Source of the DNA: Ascoidea asiatica JCM 7603
Taxonomy: Eukaryota; Fungi; Ascomycota
Direction: 5' to 3'
Length of the DNA: 64,000 nucleotides
NCBI GenBank assembly: GCA_001600695.1
Contig: BCKQ01000004.1
Coordinates: 1,292,321 to 1,356,320 of the forward strand
Shown here: piece by piece, positions 11,116 through 23,919 of the stretch
How the letters are laid out: the number at the start of each line of letters is the position of its first letter
Position numbering within the stretch: position 1 is the first letter of the stretch
Program-made: the position numbers and the translations under genes
Notes under the pieces: generated by a model
What the model was told of the DNA's origin: nothing
The model's database searches: none
The model's input: only the letters and a program-made list of their open reading frames with translations

Positions 11116-11937
11116 ATGAATAATGATAATAATAATATTACTATTAAAAACAATAGTAATAGTAAAAAAATTAAAAAAAAAAGACAGAGAATTCCTGCTG
11201 CTTGTGAAATTTGTAGAAAAAAGAAAATCAAATGTGATAAAAAAAGACCAAATTGTTCAACTTGTATTAAAAATAATATCACTTATTTATGTAAATATAT
11301 TGAACCAAATTGGTTAATAACTTCAACAGATTCAATATCCTTAATTAATAACCAAAGAAAAGAAAATAACCCCTGTTCAATTGATTTAAATTATAATCTT
11401 CAATTCCAACCAAATTTAACTTCAAGTGTTCCTACAAATTCAATGCTTTTGAAAAAAGATTTACCATATACTATACAAAATGATTTATCGAGCAATTCTA
11501 CTAAAAAAGAAACGAGAAAAAGAAAACATTCAAATATAATTGATAGTCAATCTAAATCTCACAATGAACCTCAAAGTCAAGATGATTTTGATGAAGAAGA
11601 TTATTCTAATACTAGTGATAAAAATGAATATAATAATAATGAGGATGAAAATGATATAGATATTATAGATTTTTTTACAGGATATTCTCCTGTTCATTTA
11701 AAAGGTTCAAAATTAACTGGAATTGGTCCATTCTCTTGGGTTTCAATACTTAAAAAAGATTCTTTTTCAAAATATTTAGCTGATTTAATTGTTAAATTAA
11801 GGACAAATAATAAATTATTATCCAAAAATACAAATTATAATAATCCTCATAAACAAAATAAATCTCAATCTGTTTCAAATTCAATAAATATTCCAAATTC
11901 AAATCAAAATAAACAACATGAAAAACTTAAACATATC

Positions 11938-11980
<43 letters not shown>

Positions 11981-14165
11981 TTTGTAAGAAAAAGAAAAAA
12001 GAAGAAATTGAATCAAACAAATTAGCTGTAACAAAAGATAAAATTCTTGAAAAAAACTTTTTTTCAAAAAACAACCAGAAGCATCTAAGAATATAATAAA
12101 TTTTGAGTTAAATTCATATTTAGTTAATAATAATATAAATTATAAAAATTTTAAAAAAAATTCATTGATTAAATTAATTGAATTTCACCTTTTTGAAAAT
12201 TTAAAATCAAATTTAAATTTAAAATTAATTAATAAATTTATTAAATTTTTTTTTAAATTTATTTATAAATTTTTTCCAATTCTTGATGAATTTGTAACTT
12301 TAGATGAAAATAATAATCAAAATTTGAAAATTAAACTAATTGATAAATATTCTTTTGCAAAAATTGGAATATTATTTATTATGATAAGATTTACTTATTT
12401 ATTCATTTATATCTCCCATAAATTATCATTTTCAAATAAAAATTCAAATTCAAACTCTTCAGAGTTCAATGAATTATTAAAATGTTCAATAAACTACAAC
12501 TTCATTTCAATTGCTCAAATATGTATAAATTATTATAAATTCTTAAGAACTCCATCTTTACCTTTAATTCAATTATTACTTTTTCTTAAATTTTATCAAA
12601 TATATGATCCAAATGATGGCGATGATAATATTCTAACAAATTCAACAATTCTTAATTCTTTATTATTTCAATCTGCTATTACAGTAGGTTTAAATAGAGA
12701 TCCAGGAATTATTTTAAATTTAGAAAATCATTTACCTTCAATAGATACAAATCTAATCAATAAAAATGAAAATAAATCTAAAAATAAGAATAAAACATTA
12801 TATAAAATTGTTGCATTAAAAAGAAAAATTTGGTTTATTTTATTAAATTTGGAGATTAAATCATCAATTAAATTTGGAACTAATTTAAATTTAAATTTAA
12901 ATGATTTTTATGATACTGAATTACCAAATTGCAATAATAATTTCATAAATAAATCAAACATTAAAGATTTGAATATTGAAAAAAATTGTATTGAAAAAAT
13001 AATCAATGAACAGAGTTTGAATGAAAATTATTTAATTGAATTAATGAAATTAGTAATGAATTTAAAAAAAAAACCTAAAATCAAACAATTAGTCAAAGAA
13101 ATCTCAAAAATTGAAAAAAATTATATCAAAATCAATTTCAAAACAATTGAGAAAATTATTGAAATTGAAAGTAAAACTGAAGATAAATCTCAAATAAGTA
13201 ATGAAGACGAAGATGAAAATGAAAATACTAATAATCATAATTCCTTTGTTAAAATTAATGAATATATTGAATTAAAAACATTTATATATTTAGTCAAGTA
13301 TCATATTTTTCTAAACTATGAACAAAAATGTAATTCAAAAATGTTTTTAAAATATTTAAAGAAGACACTTGAAGATTCATTAGAAATAGTAAATTTTATA
13401 GTTTATTTTTTCTATTATAATGAAACTGATATGAATTTAAAAAGTGAAATTTCCATGAGTAGATATTTATTAATCCCAATGATTGAAAACTCATTGCATG
13501 TCAATGGAATTTTCTATATATCACTATTTTTAAGGATTGCACATTATTTAACAATAATTAAGACAGATAATTTAGGTAAACGAGAAAAAATCAAAGAAAA
13601 AGAATTCTTTAAAATTTTGAAAAAATTAGTTAAAAATTTAAAATCAATTGTTTCAATTTTGAATAAATTGAAAAGATTCTATAGTTATAGTTGGAAAATA
13701 AGCAGAACTTTCGACTATATGATTGAAAATTTTGAAAATTATAATAATAGTAATAAAGAAAATAATATTAGTTTCATTTTAAATGATGATTATAATTCTG
13801 AAGATACTTCACCAATAATGGTAAAAGATAAAGAAAATAAAGAAGGTAAAAAAAGCTTAATTAATAAAAAATCAAGTAAAAAAAAATGTTCAAAGAAAAG
13901 TATTGAAGAATCATTATTTCCAAATGATAATATTTTCAAAGAATTTGAGATTGAAGAAATCAAAGAAATTAATTTAATTTTAGATAAATATGAGAATTTT
14001 TTTAAAAAAATCAATGATAAATTTGGAGATTATATTAATGATGAAAAGGATGATAAAACTAGTCATAAAGATGAATATAATAATGTTTATGAATCGGAAT
14101 TATTTAAAATTGATGAATTTCCAAAAGTACATGAAGATATTATTGAAGATATTGTTGAATTGTAA
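11116..14165 (+). CDS. Zn(II)2Cys6 transcription factor, reading frame broken at ~12050-12072
   Basis: ACEICRKKKIKCDKKRPNCSTCIKNNITYLC cluster; GPFSW motif; fungal TF middle region (AITVGLNRDP...KRKIW) in the downstream frame, which is open from 12051. Confidence 0.8.
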
Positions 14166-14168
14166 GAT

Positions 14169-14694
14169 ATGAATGTAAATTTACGAATGAATTTTAATAA
14201 TTCATCATCATCACCATCTAGTGTATCTTCGAATAATTATAATACTATTAATAATAGCCTTGATAATAATAATCATGATAATAACATTAATACAAATAAA
14301 ATGGAAATTAATAGTATTCACTCAAGTTTAAATTTTAATCCAAATGAAGATATTTTTAATAATTTCTATTTAAATAATAACTTGAATAATATGAGTAATA
14401 TAAATGGAATTAATAATTTTAATGGATTGAATGGAATTAATGAAAATAATTATGTTAATGATATAAATGATATAAATGGATTAATTAATGGATTTGGATA
14501 TAATGGACTTTTTAATATAAATTATAATGATATAAATTTTTTTAATTCAACAGATTTAGGTATTATTAATTCAATTAATAATGAAACTAATAATGATAAT
14601 AGAAATAATGTGAATAATGAGAATAATGGAAATAATGAGAATTTAATTGATTTTAATATTGGTATTGATAATATATTTATTAATGATTTTTTCA

Positions 14695-14739
<45 letters not shown>

Positions 14740-14801
14740 GTAATTTTAATGGGAATAATGGGAATAATGGGAATAATAATAGTAGTAATGGGAATAGATA
14801 A
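14169..14801 (+). CDS. Asn-rich ORF, probably the C-terminal activation-type tail of the upstream Zn-cluster gene
   Basis: Same frame as 12165-14165, separated by one TAA; no room for its own promoter. Confidence 0.4.
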
Positions 14802-14874
14802 TAGAATTATATAATATATAGAATAATAAATGAATGATATACTGTATATATAAAATGTAAAAAGGGTATAAATA

Positions 14875-15141
14875 TTATTTTTTTGTAATTCTATTTCTTA
14901 AGTTTCTTAGATTTCTTGAATTTCCCGTAGGTTGAGATTGAGATTTAGACTGAGGATGAGATTGAGTGAGTATATTATTTCTTGTAGTTCTTATAGACTT
15001 TGGGTTTGATATTGATTGTTGTTTATTAGTATTACTTATTGATTTACTTATTGATTTATTTATTGGTTTAATTTTTGAATTTTTAAGTTGAGATGGAAAT
15101 GAATTTTGAGATGATAAAGTTGTTTTACTATTTAATATTAG

Positions 15142-15180
<39 letters not shown>

Positions 15181-15492
15181 TATATTTCGAATATTTTTTG
15201 AATAATCACTAATTAATGAATTATTTTGTTGTTTAATATTAATTAATAAAGATTTTAAATTTGATAAATTTAAAATTTTTTTTTTCTTTTCTAAATTTAA
15301 AATATCTTTAATTTTTAGTTTTTTAAAATTTTTTGGAATTCTATTTAATCTTAAATTTAATTTTTTTTCCAAAATTTCAGAAAGTTCTAAATAATCTCTT
15401 ATCATTATTTTTTTTCTTTCATTGATATTTAATTTTAATCTATTTATTAATTTTTCTTTTTGTTCTTTGGTGAAATTATGTTTTATTGCCAT
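14875..15492 (-). CDS. NBL1: Nbl1/Borealin N-terminal domain protein (chromosomal passenger complex)
   Basis: FTKEQKEKLINRLKLNINERKK...LEKKLNLRLNRIPKNFKKLKIKDIL resembles the Nbl1/Borealin N-terminus; ATG at 15492 preferred to the GTG at 15552. Confidence 0.6.
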
Positions 15493-16449
15493 TTTTATAA
15501 ATTCTTGAATATTTATTTGATTTGCAATGGGTAAAAAGATTAAGAGAAACACTTATATCCTTATATTTTTTGATAATATGAATAAACGACTGATTGCCTT
15601 AAAATTAAACTTAACTGATTGATTGATTTGGTTACTTTTGATGATTCTCTTTGATTATATCTTCAATTATATCTTCAATTATATCTTTTATTATATCTTT
15701 TATTATATCTTTTATTAAACTGATTCAATTCTCTCGTTTTTTTGTTTACATTCAAAATCAAATTCACCGAATCCGGAAACAGAACAAAAACAAAAACAAT
15801 GGAAAAAGAACACCCAAAATTCTGGATTCAAGCAAAAAGAGCCATATATCTGGCGTCAACAAAGAAGTTCCACTAAATTGGACTCAAATTTAGAAAATCC
15901 ACAAACACGGTCTCCAATAAGGGCTTCCACAAGTTTGGTCTTTACTAGGTCACGCCTAAACGATCCTTAAAATTGGCTTCGTTTTTTATATTTTTGCTTA
16001 GCCACAGTTGACTCGGCCACCGCCACAAATATTGTTTTTGACTCGGTCCGGTGCCTCGGCTGAACGGCGGGTGTTTTTCCCTGGCGCTGTACGCGTTTTT
16101 CACCTTTTTTCACTGGTTCGCTGCGCTGGTGCCCGGTCCGCCAGCCGTGCGCTCGGCCCGTGTCCCTGAGTGTTTTTTATCTTTGTTATCGCTTTTCCAG
16201 CTTTATTTTTTGATCTTTTTTTGTTTATTCCATTTTTATCGACTTATCGATTTTTCCACTGATCCTTTTTCAGTCAGTTGTTGAAAATATCAATGATAAT
16301 CTGATAATTTATCGAAATGTAATAATAATATACAAATATATACAAATATATACAGATATATAAAGATATATATAACTTTTCTTTTCAAATATATCTTCCC
16401 CAGCTCTTTTTATAACTCAATAATTCATTTCAAACAAATTTCTATCAAA

Positions 16450-18405
16450 ATGAATTCAATACATACTTCCATACATAATTCAAATTCAAATACAAATAAT
16501 CATGAAATAAATAATGTTCAAAATATTCAAAATAGAAATATAATTCCAAATCAATTAAATTATTCAAATAACAAATCAAATAATATTAAAAAAATTTTTG
16601 AAATTTTTTCAGATATTAAAAATGGTTTAAAATTATTTTTAAAATTAAATTATTTCGATTTACTTAAATTTTATCTATTTATTCCAATTGGTTGTGTAAT
16701 AACATTAATAATCTTATATGCTTTAAATTTATTAATTAATTTAATAAATTTTAAATTTCCATCTTCAGTTTTATTTATGTTAATTTTATTTTTTTCATTA
16801 TCAATAATTGATTATATTTTAAATTTTAAAAAAATTAAAATTTCAAAAATTGGTATAATTTTAAAAAAAAATTTTAAAATTTTTTTAAATTTAATTGATT
16901 TACCTTATAATTTTTGTATAAAATGGATTAATATTTTTTTTTTACCAAGTTTTATAACTTTACCATTAAGTGATTCTGTTAAAGTTAAAGAAGGTATTTA
17001 TATAACTTTAATTTTTATTATTGGTTATTTAATTATGTTTATAATTACAACTGAATTAGTTTTTTTTTTACAAATTTTAATTTTAAATAATAATAAAAAA
17101 ATTAAAACTTCAAATCATTCAAATCATTCAAATCATTCAAATCATAGTTCAATTGATATTGAAATGGATTCAATTCATTCATCACATTCCATACATTCAA
17201 TTCATTCAATAAATACTCAAAATAATGAAAATTCAAGTAATATTAATAGAAATGATAATGATAATGATAATGATAATGACAATGATGATGATGATTTGGA
17301 AATTGAACAAATTCATATAAATAATAATAAAAATATAAACAATAATAATATTTCTAATAAAAATAATTCAAATATTTCAATTAACTTAAGTAATGACATA
17401 AGTAATGACATAAGTAATGACTTAAATAATGATATAACCTCAAATGAAATAATTAATTTAAATGAATATTCATTAAATTCAAAAAAAATTTCAAATTTTT
17501 TAACAAAATATTATGATTGGATTATAATTATATTATTTTTAATAATTGGTTTACCATTTTATTTTACAAAAAATAATAATTTAAATTATACATTCATCTT
17601 ACATTTATCTTTAATTTTATTAATTTTTAAATTATCAATATTAATACCAAAAAATTTACAAATTTTTTTTCATCCAATTTTAATTTCATTTCCATTAATA
17701 ATTTTATTTATTTTTATATTTAGTAAATTAAATTATAATATTAATAAAAATTTAAATCATAATTTTAAAAATGATTTAAAATTTTTTAAAACTGGTAAAA
17801 ATTATTTAAATTTATTTAATTCAAATTATAAAAATTTAAAAACTGGTGCTGGTGATATTTTATCTTCTTTAATGGATATTTCTATTGTTAGTTTATCTTT
17901 ACCAATGTTTAATTATAGAAAAGATTTAAAAAAACATTTTTTTATAATTATTATTCCAATTTTAATAACTGGAATTGGATCTTTTTTTATTTATCCACCT
18001 TTATGTTATGCAATTGGTTTAAATCCAATAAGATCAATTGGATTTGTTGGTAGATCAGTAACTTTAGCTTTAGGTACACCATTAATTGAATCATTAAATG
18101 GTTCAATACCATTAATGTCAATTTGTACAATTGTTGCAGGAATTATTGGAGTTTTATTTGGTAAACCATTATTAAGTAAATATTTTTTAAATATTAAAGA
18201 TGATGATTATGTTACAATTGGTATAACATATGGTATAAATTCAGGTGCAATTGCAACATCATTTTTATTAAATGGTGCAAATAATCCAAGAGCAGCTGCA
18301 ATTTCTTCATTATCTTTTGTTTTATATGGTACTTTAATGATTATCTTAAGTGCTATAAATCCATTAGCTAAATTAATACAAAATTGGGCTCATTTATATT
18401 CCTAA
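16450..18405 (+). CDS. LrgA/LrgB-like membrane protein (fungal/plant fused type)
   Basis: FPSSV..M, WINIFFLPSFITLP, RSVTLALG.P...L.G, G+TYGINSGAIATS.LL...PRAAAISSLS motifs; many TM segments. Confidence 0.85.
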   Translation: MNSIHTSIHNSNSNTNNHEINNVQNIQNRNIIPNQLNYSNNKSNNIKKIFEIFSDIKNGLKLFLKLNYFDLLKFYLFIPIGCVITLIILYALNLLINLINFKFPSSVLFMLILFFSLSIIDYILNFKKIKISKIGIILKKNFKIFLNLIDLPYNFCIKWINIFFLPSFITLPLSDSVKVKEGIYITLIFIIGYLIMFIITTELVFFLQILILNNNKKIKTSNHSNHSNHSNHSSIDIEMDSIHSSHSIHSIHSINTQNNENSSNINRNDNDNDNDNDNDDDDLEIEQIHINNNKNINNNNISNKNNSNISINLSNDISNDISNDLNNDITSNEIINLNEYSLNSKKISNFLTKYYDWIIIILFLIIGLPFYFTKNNNLNYTFILHLSLILLIFKLSILIPKNLQIFFHPILISFPLIILFIFIFSKLNYNINKNLNHNFKNDLKFFKTGKNYLNLFNSNYKNLKTGAGDILSSLMDISIVSLSLPMFNYRKDLKKHFFIIIIPILITGIGSFFIYPPLCYAIGLNPIRSIGFVGRSVTLALGTPLIESLNGSIPLMSICTIVAGIIGVLFGKPLLSKYFLNIKDDDYVTIGITYGINSGAIATSFLLNGANNPRAAAISSLSFVLYGTLMIILSAINPLAKLIQNWAHLYS

Positions 18406-20534
18406 TTTATTATTTATATTCCTAATTTATTATTTTTATTATTATTTAATATACATCAATATATACTGTATATATATTTTTTTAGCTATTTTAAATTTAA
18501 GACCATATATATGGATAGCCTCTATTTGAAACCATAATTACGGATATTCTCTAATACGAAATGCTTATAAATCTAAAATAAAATTTATAAGAATATTTCA
18601 TCAAATTAATAATCAAAAAAAAAGGATTAAAAGAATTAATAATTATCTAAATCTTAAATTGTAGAGTAGTACAAATATGTATGTATCCCATATTTTTGTT
18701 CTATAATGAAAAATCATAAAATTAAGAAATCATTTTTTTGGAAAAGAATAATTTTTCAAAAAGAAAGGAAAAACTGGCATTTATGAGGGGAAATATGCCA
18801 TATATATATATAATGATTGAATGATTTAAGAATTTAAAAATTACTTGATGCTGTTATAAAAATTTTTATTCCAAGTTTTAGTTGAAATGTAACCAAGGTT
18901 TATAAACACAAAAAATAAATTATAAAAAGAATAAATTCAGCTCGTAATTCATTTCAACAATAGCTGTTTCCGTGCAAATTGGTGCACGATTTCTTTAGAA
19001 GCATTTTGTGACTAGAAAAAAGCAAGCCACCTGACAGCAAGAAGATTTTAAATTGTTTCACGTGCGGAACATGCCGAAAAAGAAAGGGTCTTTTTTAGAA
19101 GATTTGGCAGGAGTACGAACCAATCAGAGCCCAGATTTCCAGATTGGGTTTTTAAGCGGAGGCCGAGTTCTCAGGAAGTGTTTTCCCCTGCGGTCGGAAG
19201 TAGTCGGCAGTTAGCCATGCCTAGTTTTTTAGGTATTGTCGGTCTCCTACAGTCGTTTTAGTTCGTCAACCCTTCCATAACGAGTGCTATCGGGAAAAGG
19301 TATCAGGAAAAGGTTTCAGGAAAAGGTGTCACCAAAGTCTGTACCTGGATCCATGCAGCGTCACTGTCTTGTCATACGAACGTAAGTTGTACCTTCAGAA
19401 ATTTCCAGCTCGCAAAGCACTTGACGCAGTGGATGCAAGAAAATGATCCCAAGAGAATGATCCCAAGATCAGGTCGTAGATGCTCGTCGTAGATTCAGGT
19501 CGTAGATAGAACTGTGGCATTGGAAATCATACAAAATACAGTATCTTCTAGTAACTGATTTCGAGTCCAGAGCTCTTGCTTCACTTTCTGCTGCAAGCTT
19601 TGAAGTATTTGGTGATTGATTTAGATTGATTTAAATTGATTTAGAGTTGGCAACGCCAAAAGAACGCCAGTTCATCTGGTTCCATTTATTTTACTTTCCT
19701 CTTTATTTTACTCGTGAATGGAAGCTGAGAGTAACTTTGGGTGGTTTTAGTCTCGCGATGAGCAGATGCACCCTGCAATTCAACTCGCTCTAGTTCACAG
19801 ACTCTAAAAAATCAATATTTCAAATTATTCAAATTATTCGTCTTTTTTACTATGCTAAAAACTCTTTATCCATGGCTAATGAGCTTTTGAACTTTTTTAC
19901 TTTTAGTTTCATTGAAAATATTCCCAAATGGTTCGCAAAATGTTATTATTATTATTATTATTATTATAACTCGCATTACCTGAAATCTTAATCTCTTGGC
20001 GAGACTGAATTGTTTATGCCTTTATATTGAAGATGATTATATGATTATATGATTATATGATTATATGATTATATTCAATATTCTTATAAGTTTACTTTAG
20101 AAAAAGTAATAAAAAAATGGGGTGCTAAAGCCTTCTAGTTAATATTCAATAATAAATCAATAATTTTTTATATTTTTCATATTTTTCAATTATTATTCTT
20201 AATCATTTTAGGTCTATTTAAAAGTAAACTTTAATTATCTTGAGTTACACTTTTTCTATATTTTAAGTTATCTTTCATATTAATTTTCTAATATCTCTAA
20301 TATATTTTAACTTGCTCAATACTATTTTGATAAAATTTATATCAATTTATATTTCATTCTCAAATAAAAACATTTTATTATATAAATATCTTCATTTATC
20401 TTCTTTTTTATTTTATTTTTTTTCTTACTTTATTTAATTTCACTATTAATTAATAAATAAAATAAATTTATATATAATACATTCATAAATACACTATACT
20501 ATATAATATTATAATAATAATAATAATAATAATA

Positions 20535-21188
20535 ATGATTTCAAGTTACTCATATTCACCATCTTATAATAATGATCAATATATGAATCAATATAATAAT
20601 AAAAAAATAAAATTTAGAAAATCCATAGATTCAAATTCAAATTCAACTATTAATTCAAGAAGAAATTCATTCTCTTCTTTATTTTCAAAAAATTTAAATA
20701 ATTCAACTTCTAATTCTTCTTCAATTTCAAATGAAAGTTTTAATTTTCCTATATTTTCTCCAATATCTTCAATATCTTCAATATCTTCAATATCTTCAAT
20801 ATCTTCAAATTCTTCAAATTATTCTAATTCTTCAATTCATTCTAATTTTTCAAGTTCTTTTTCAATTTCTAAAAATTGGGTAAAGAAAAGTTTTAAGAAA
20901 TGTAAAAAAATCAATAAAAATTCAATTAAAGAAAAAGATGATAATATTAATGATAACAATAATAGCAATGATGATTTAAATTCAATCTCATTAGTAACTC
21001 AAGGAGAATTACTTCAATATCCTTCATATAATTATCTCAATTCAGATTCAGATTCAAAATCTATCTCAAATATCAATAGCAAAGATAATGAAATTGAAAA
21101 TGATCATAATAATTATTCTAAAAAAATAACCGAAGATCAATTTTATGATCACTTTTTAATAAATGATAAATTTTCTTTATGGTTATAA
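20535..21188 (+). CDS. Ser/Asn-rich hypothetical protein
   Basis: 217-aa ORF with host codon usage and a TATA at ~20380; no recognisable domain. Confidence 0.55.
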   Translation: MISSYSYSPSYNNDQYMNQYNNKKIKFRKSIDSNSNSTINSRRNSFSSLFSKNLNNSTSNSSSISNESFNFPIFSPISSISSISSISSISSNSSNYSNSSIHSNFSSSFSISKNWVKKSFKKCKKINKNSIKEKDDNINDNNNSNDDLNSISLVTQGELLQYPSYNYLNSDSDSKSISNINSKDNEIENDHNNYSKKITEDQFYDHFLINDKFSLWL

Positions 21189-23310
21189 TAAATAATTAAA
21201 AAACAATCTTTTTATTTTTTTTTCAATTTCTTTTATTTAAATTTATTCGTTTTTGCTTGGTTTCTTCGGTATCTCTATCTATCTATCTTTTTATTATTAT
21301 TATTATTTTTATTATATAGAAGAACAATTCAAATAAAAAATTTATTTTTTCTCATTTACTCATAAATAATCAACTAATAATGTATGTAATCTACGACTTT
21401 TCTAACTGTAATCTGTAATTTTGACTCTTAATTCAAAATTTTTTACTCTCTACTATCTATGTATAGAAATCAATTCAAAATCAAAATTAAGATACAGAGA
21501 TATAGAGAAACATAGATAAGAAGATAAAAATGAAAAGATAGATATAAATGAGTGACATAAAAGATAAAGCAAAGTTAGGTCGTAATAATATACTATATGA
21601 TCAGATGATTATATATCTATCTAGATATACAGTATAAACTTTAATATTTTTTTTTTTTTCTTTTTTCATTTCTGTTCTGTATAAAAATTAATTTTATAGC
21701 AATTATCTTTTGTTATTATAGTAGTTTATTCAAATTATCCACGGTTACCAAAATTTAGAACACATTCTAAATTCATTTCCAGTCTAATTTTCATACTTGA
21801 AGTCTTTTAAGTTTTTTTTAATTTCTTTTATATACTCCAATAAGGGTTCTAGAAAGAAATAAATGTCATAGAAGGAATTCGTACTCTGTAGATAGAATGT
21901 AAAAACTGTGTAAAAACTGTGTAAAAGCATTTAGCAACATTCAAAATATTTGTAATTCTCATCATCATACTAAAATTTAGGTCATAATTTTAGATTGATT
22001 ATTTCTAATAACTTTAATTTGCACACAAATCAAAATGTTTCCGAATCTTTTCATAGATGTTTTTACTATAATTTCACATTTACTCACAATATTGGTGATT
22101 TTATGTACAATTAACATATTGTAGCTAAAATATTTTGCCATTACGAGCTGATTTAGAATCTATAAAAGAGATAATCGTAGTAAATATATAGTATAGTAAA
22201 AAGTATTTTCGGTATAAACAATGAATATCATTTACGAGATACTTAAATTTGTCCAATGATAGTTCCGAACTAATTCAAATAAAAACTGGAATAATTTGTA
22301 AGCTCTTCTTATCTTTCTGCATTACTTCAAATGTTTTGTTCCTTTGAAATATTCTAAAAACTAAGGAAACAATAATATACTGAAATGTAAATTAGTATAT
22401 ACTTTTGGCAATAGTGCAGTTTGCACTATATATGAAGCATTTGTGCCCTAAATATTGTGATTTATTCCCTGAGTGTCCTATGTGTTCTATATTTAGCAGC
22501 AGCGGTACCTTTCTGCTTTCCCCAGACTTGGTTCTGCCAGTGTCTGCCAGTGTCTGCCGGTGCCTGAGCTGAGCTGGGTACAGCCGGCTATCAGGCCCGC
22601 AAAGTAGGCGTTTAAGACGACTTCACCTATTTTTCGGAGGCTGATAACAAACAGGATGCAATATACTCGCACTGCAGCCAAAACAGCCTCTGTCCAGGAC
22701 CACATTTACACCACTATACCTAAATTTCTATATTTTTAGACCTCTTTCCCAATACAGTAATAGATTCTATATAGTTTAAACTGATTAATAACCATGTTTA
22801 AATCAGCAGGGCCTATTTTTTAACGAGGCCCAGAATTTTCAATGATTTTTCAAGCTTATTTTTTTTTCTTTTTAAGCTTTTATCTCTTTATCTCTTTATC
22901 TTTTGTCATATACTCTTGTCTATCACAATTGGGTTTTATTTATCCAGCCAATTGAATAAGTCAATCTTCAATTTGCGATTTTAATTATCGAGATTTATCT
23001 TGAAATTCTTTTATATTAATGAATCACTTAACATGTTTTTGGAACTTTCATTCAATTTCTATCTGTTTAAGAAAAATGATATAGTAATCATTACTTTAAT
23101 TTTTGAATATATTCAATAATACAAAACTTTTTATAGAATTTTCAATTCAATTCAAAAAATTATACATTTTATATCAAATCATAAAATAGATATAAGTAAT
23201 ATAAAAGAAATCAAGAATATCAAAAACAATTAAAAATATAAAACATAAAATATTCAATTAAATCAATTAATTAATCAATCAATACTAAACTAATAAAAAG
23301 AATTAAAATT

Positions 23311-23700
23311 ATGTCATATAATTTATTTAATTCTTCAATCAATCATCATATAAACAACAATCAAGAAATGTTCAAATATGATTTCTCAATGCCATATTCA
23401 TCATCTTCATCACCAACTTTAGAACAAATATTTGAACCAATTTATCAAATATCAATAAGGCAAAGTTCAATAAAAGCAAGACAATCATCTTTAAAATCAA
23501 AAAGATTATTAGATCCAATTAATATTATTCGATTATCAACAAATGATTTCAATTTAAATTCTCAATTCCTTTTAGATGTAACAATTTATGATTATAAATC
23601 TGGAAATTTTTATAAAGATCAAAGTATACTTTTAGGTAATAAACTTGTTGTTGGAAATTTAATTAAAAATAAAAATAATAATTACAATAATAATAATTAC

Positions 23701-23734
<34 letters not shown>

Positions 23735-23919
23735 TTAATGATTCTGTATTTCAAACTTATGAATTTAAATTTAAAGATCTTGGAATAACTGTAACTGGAG
23801 AATATAAACTTATTTTCACTTTATCAAAACATAAAATTAATTCAAGTCCAATTCCAATACAAAGAATAGAAAGTAAAAAAATAGTAATATTATCAGCTAG
23901 AAAATATTATAGAGTTTAA
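23311..23919 (+). CDS. Divergent velvet-domain protein
   Basis: YQISIRQ...ARQ....KRLLDPINIIRL (cf. Y.L.VRQQP..AR....RRPIDPPPIVQL); FKFKDLGITVTGEYKLIFTL (cf. F.F.DLSVR.EG.FRL.F.L); IESKKIVILSARKY (cf. V.S.PF.VYSAKKF). Confidence 0.75.
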
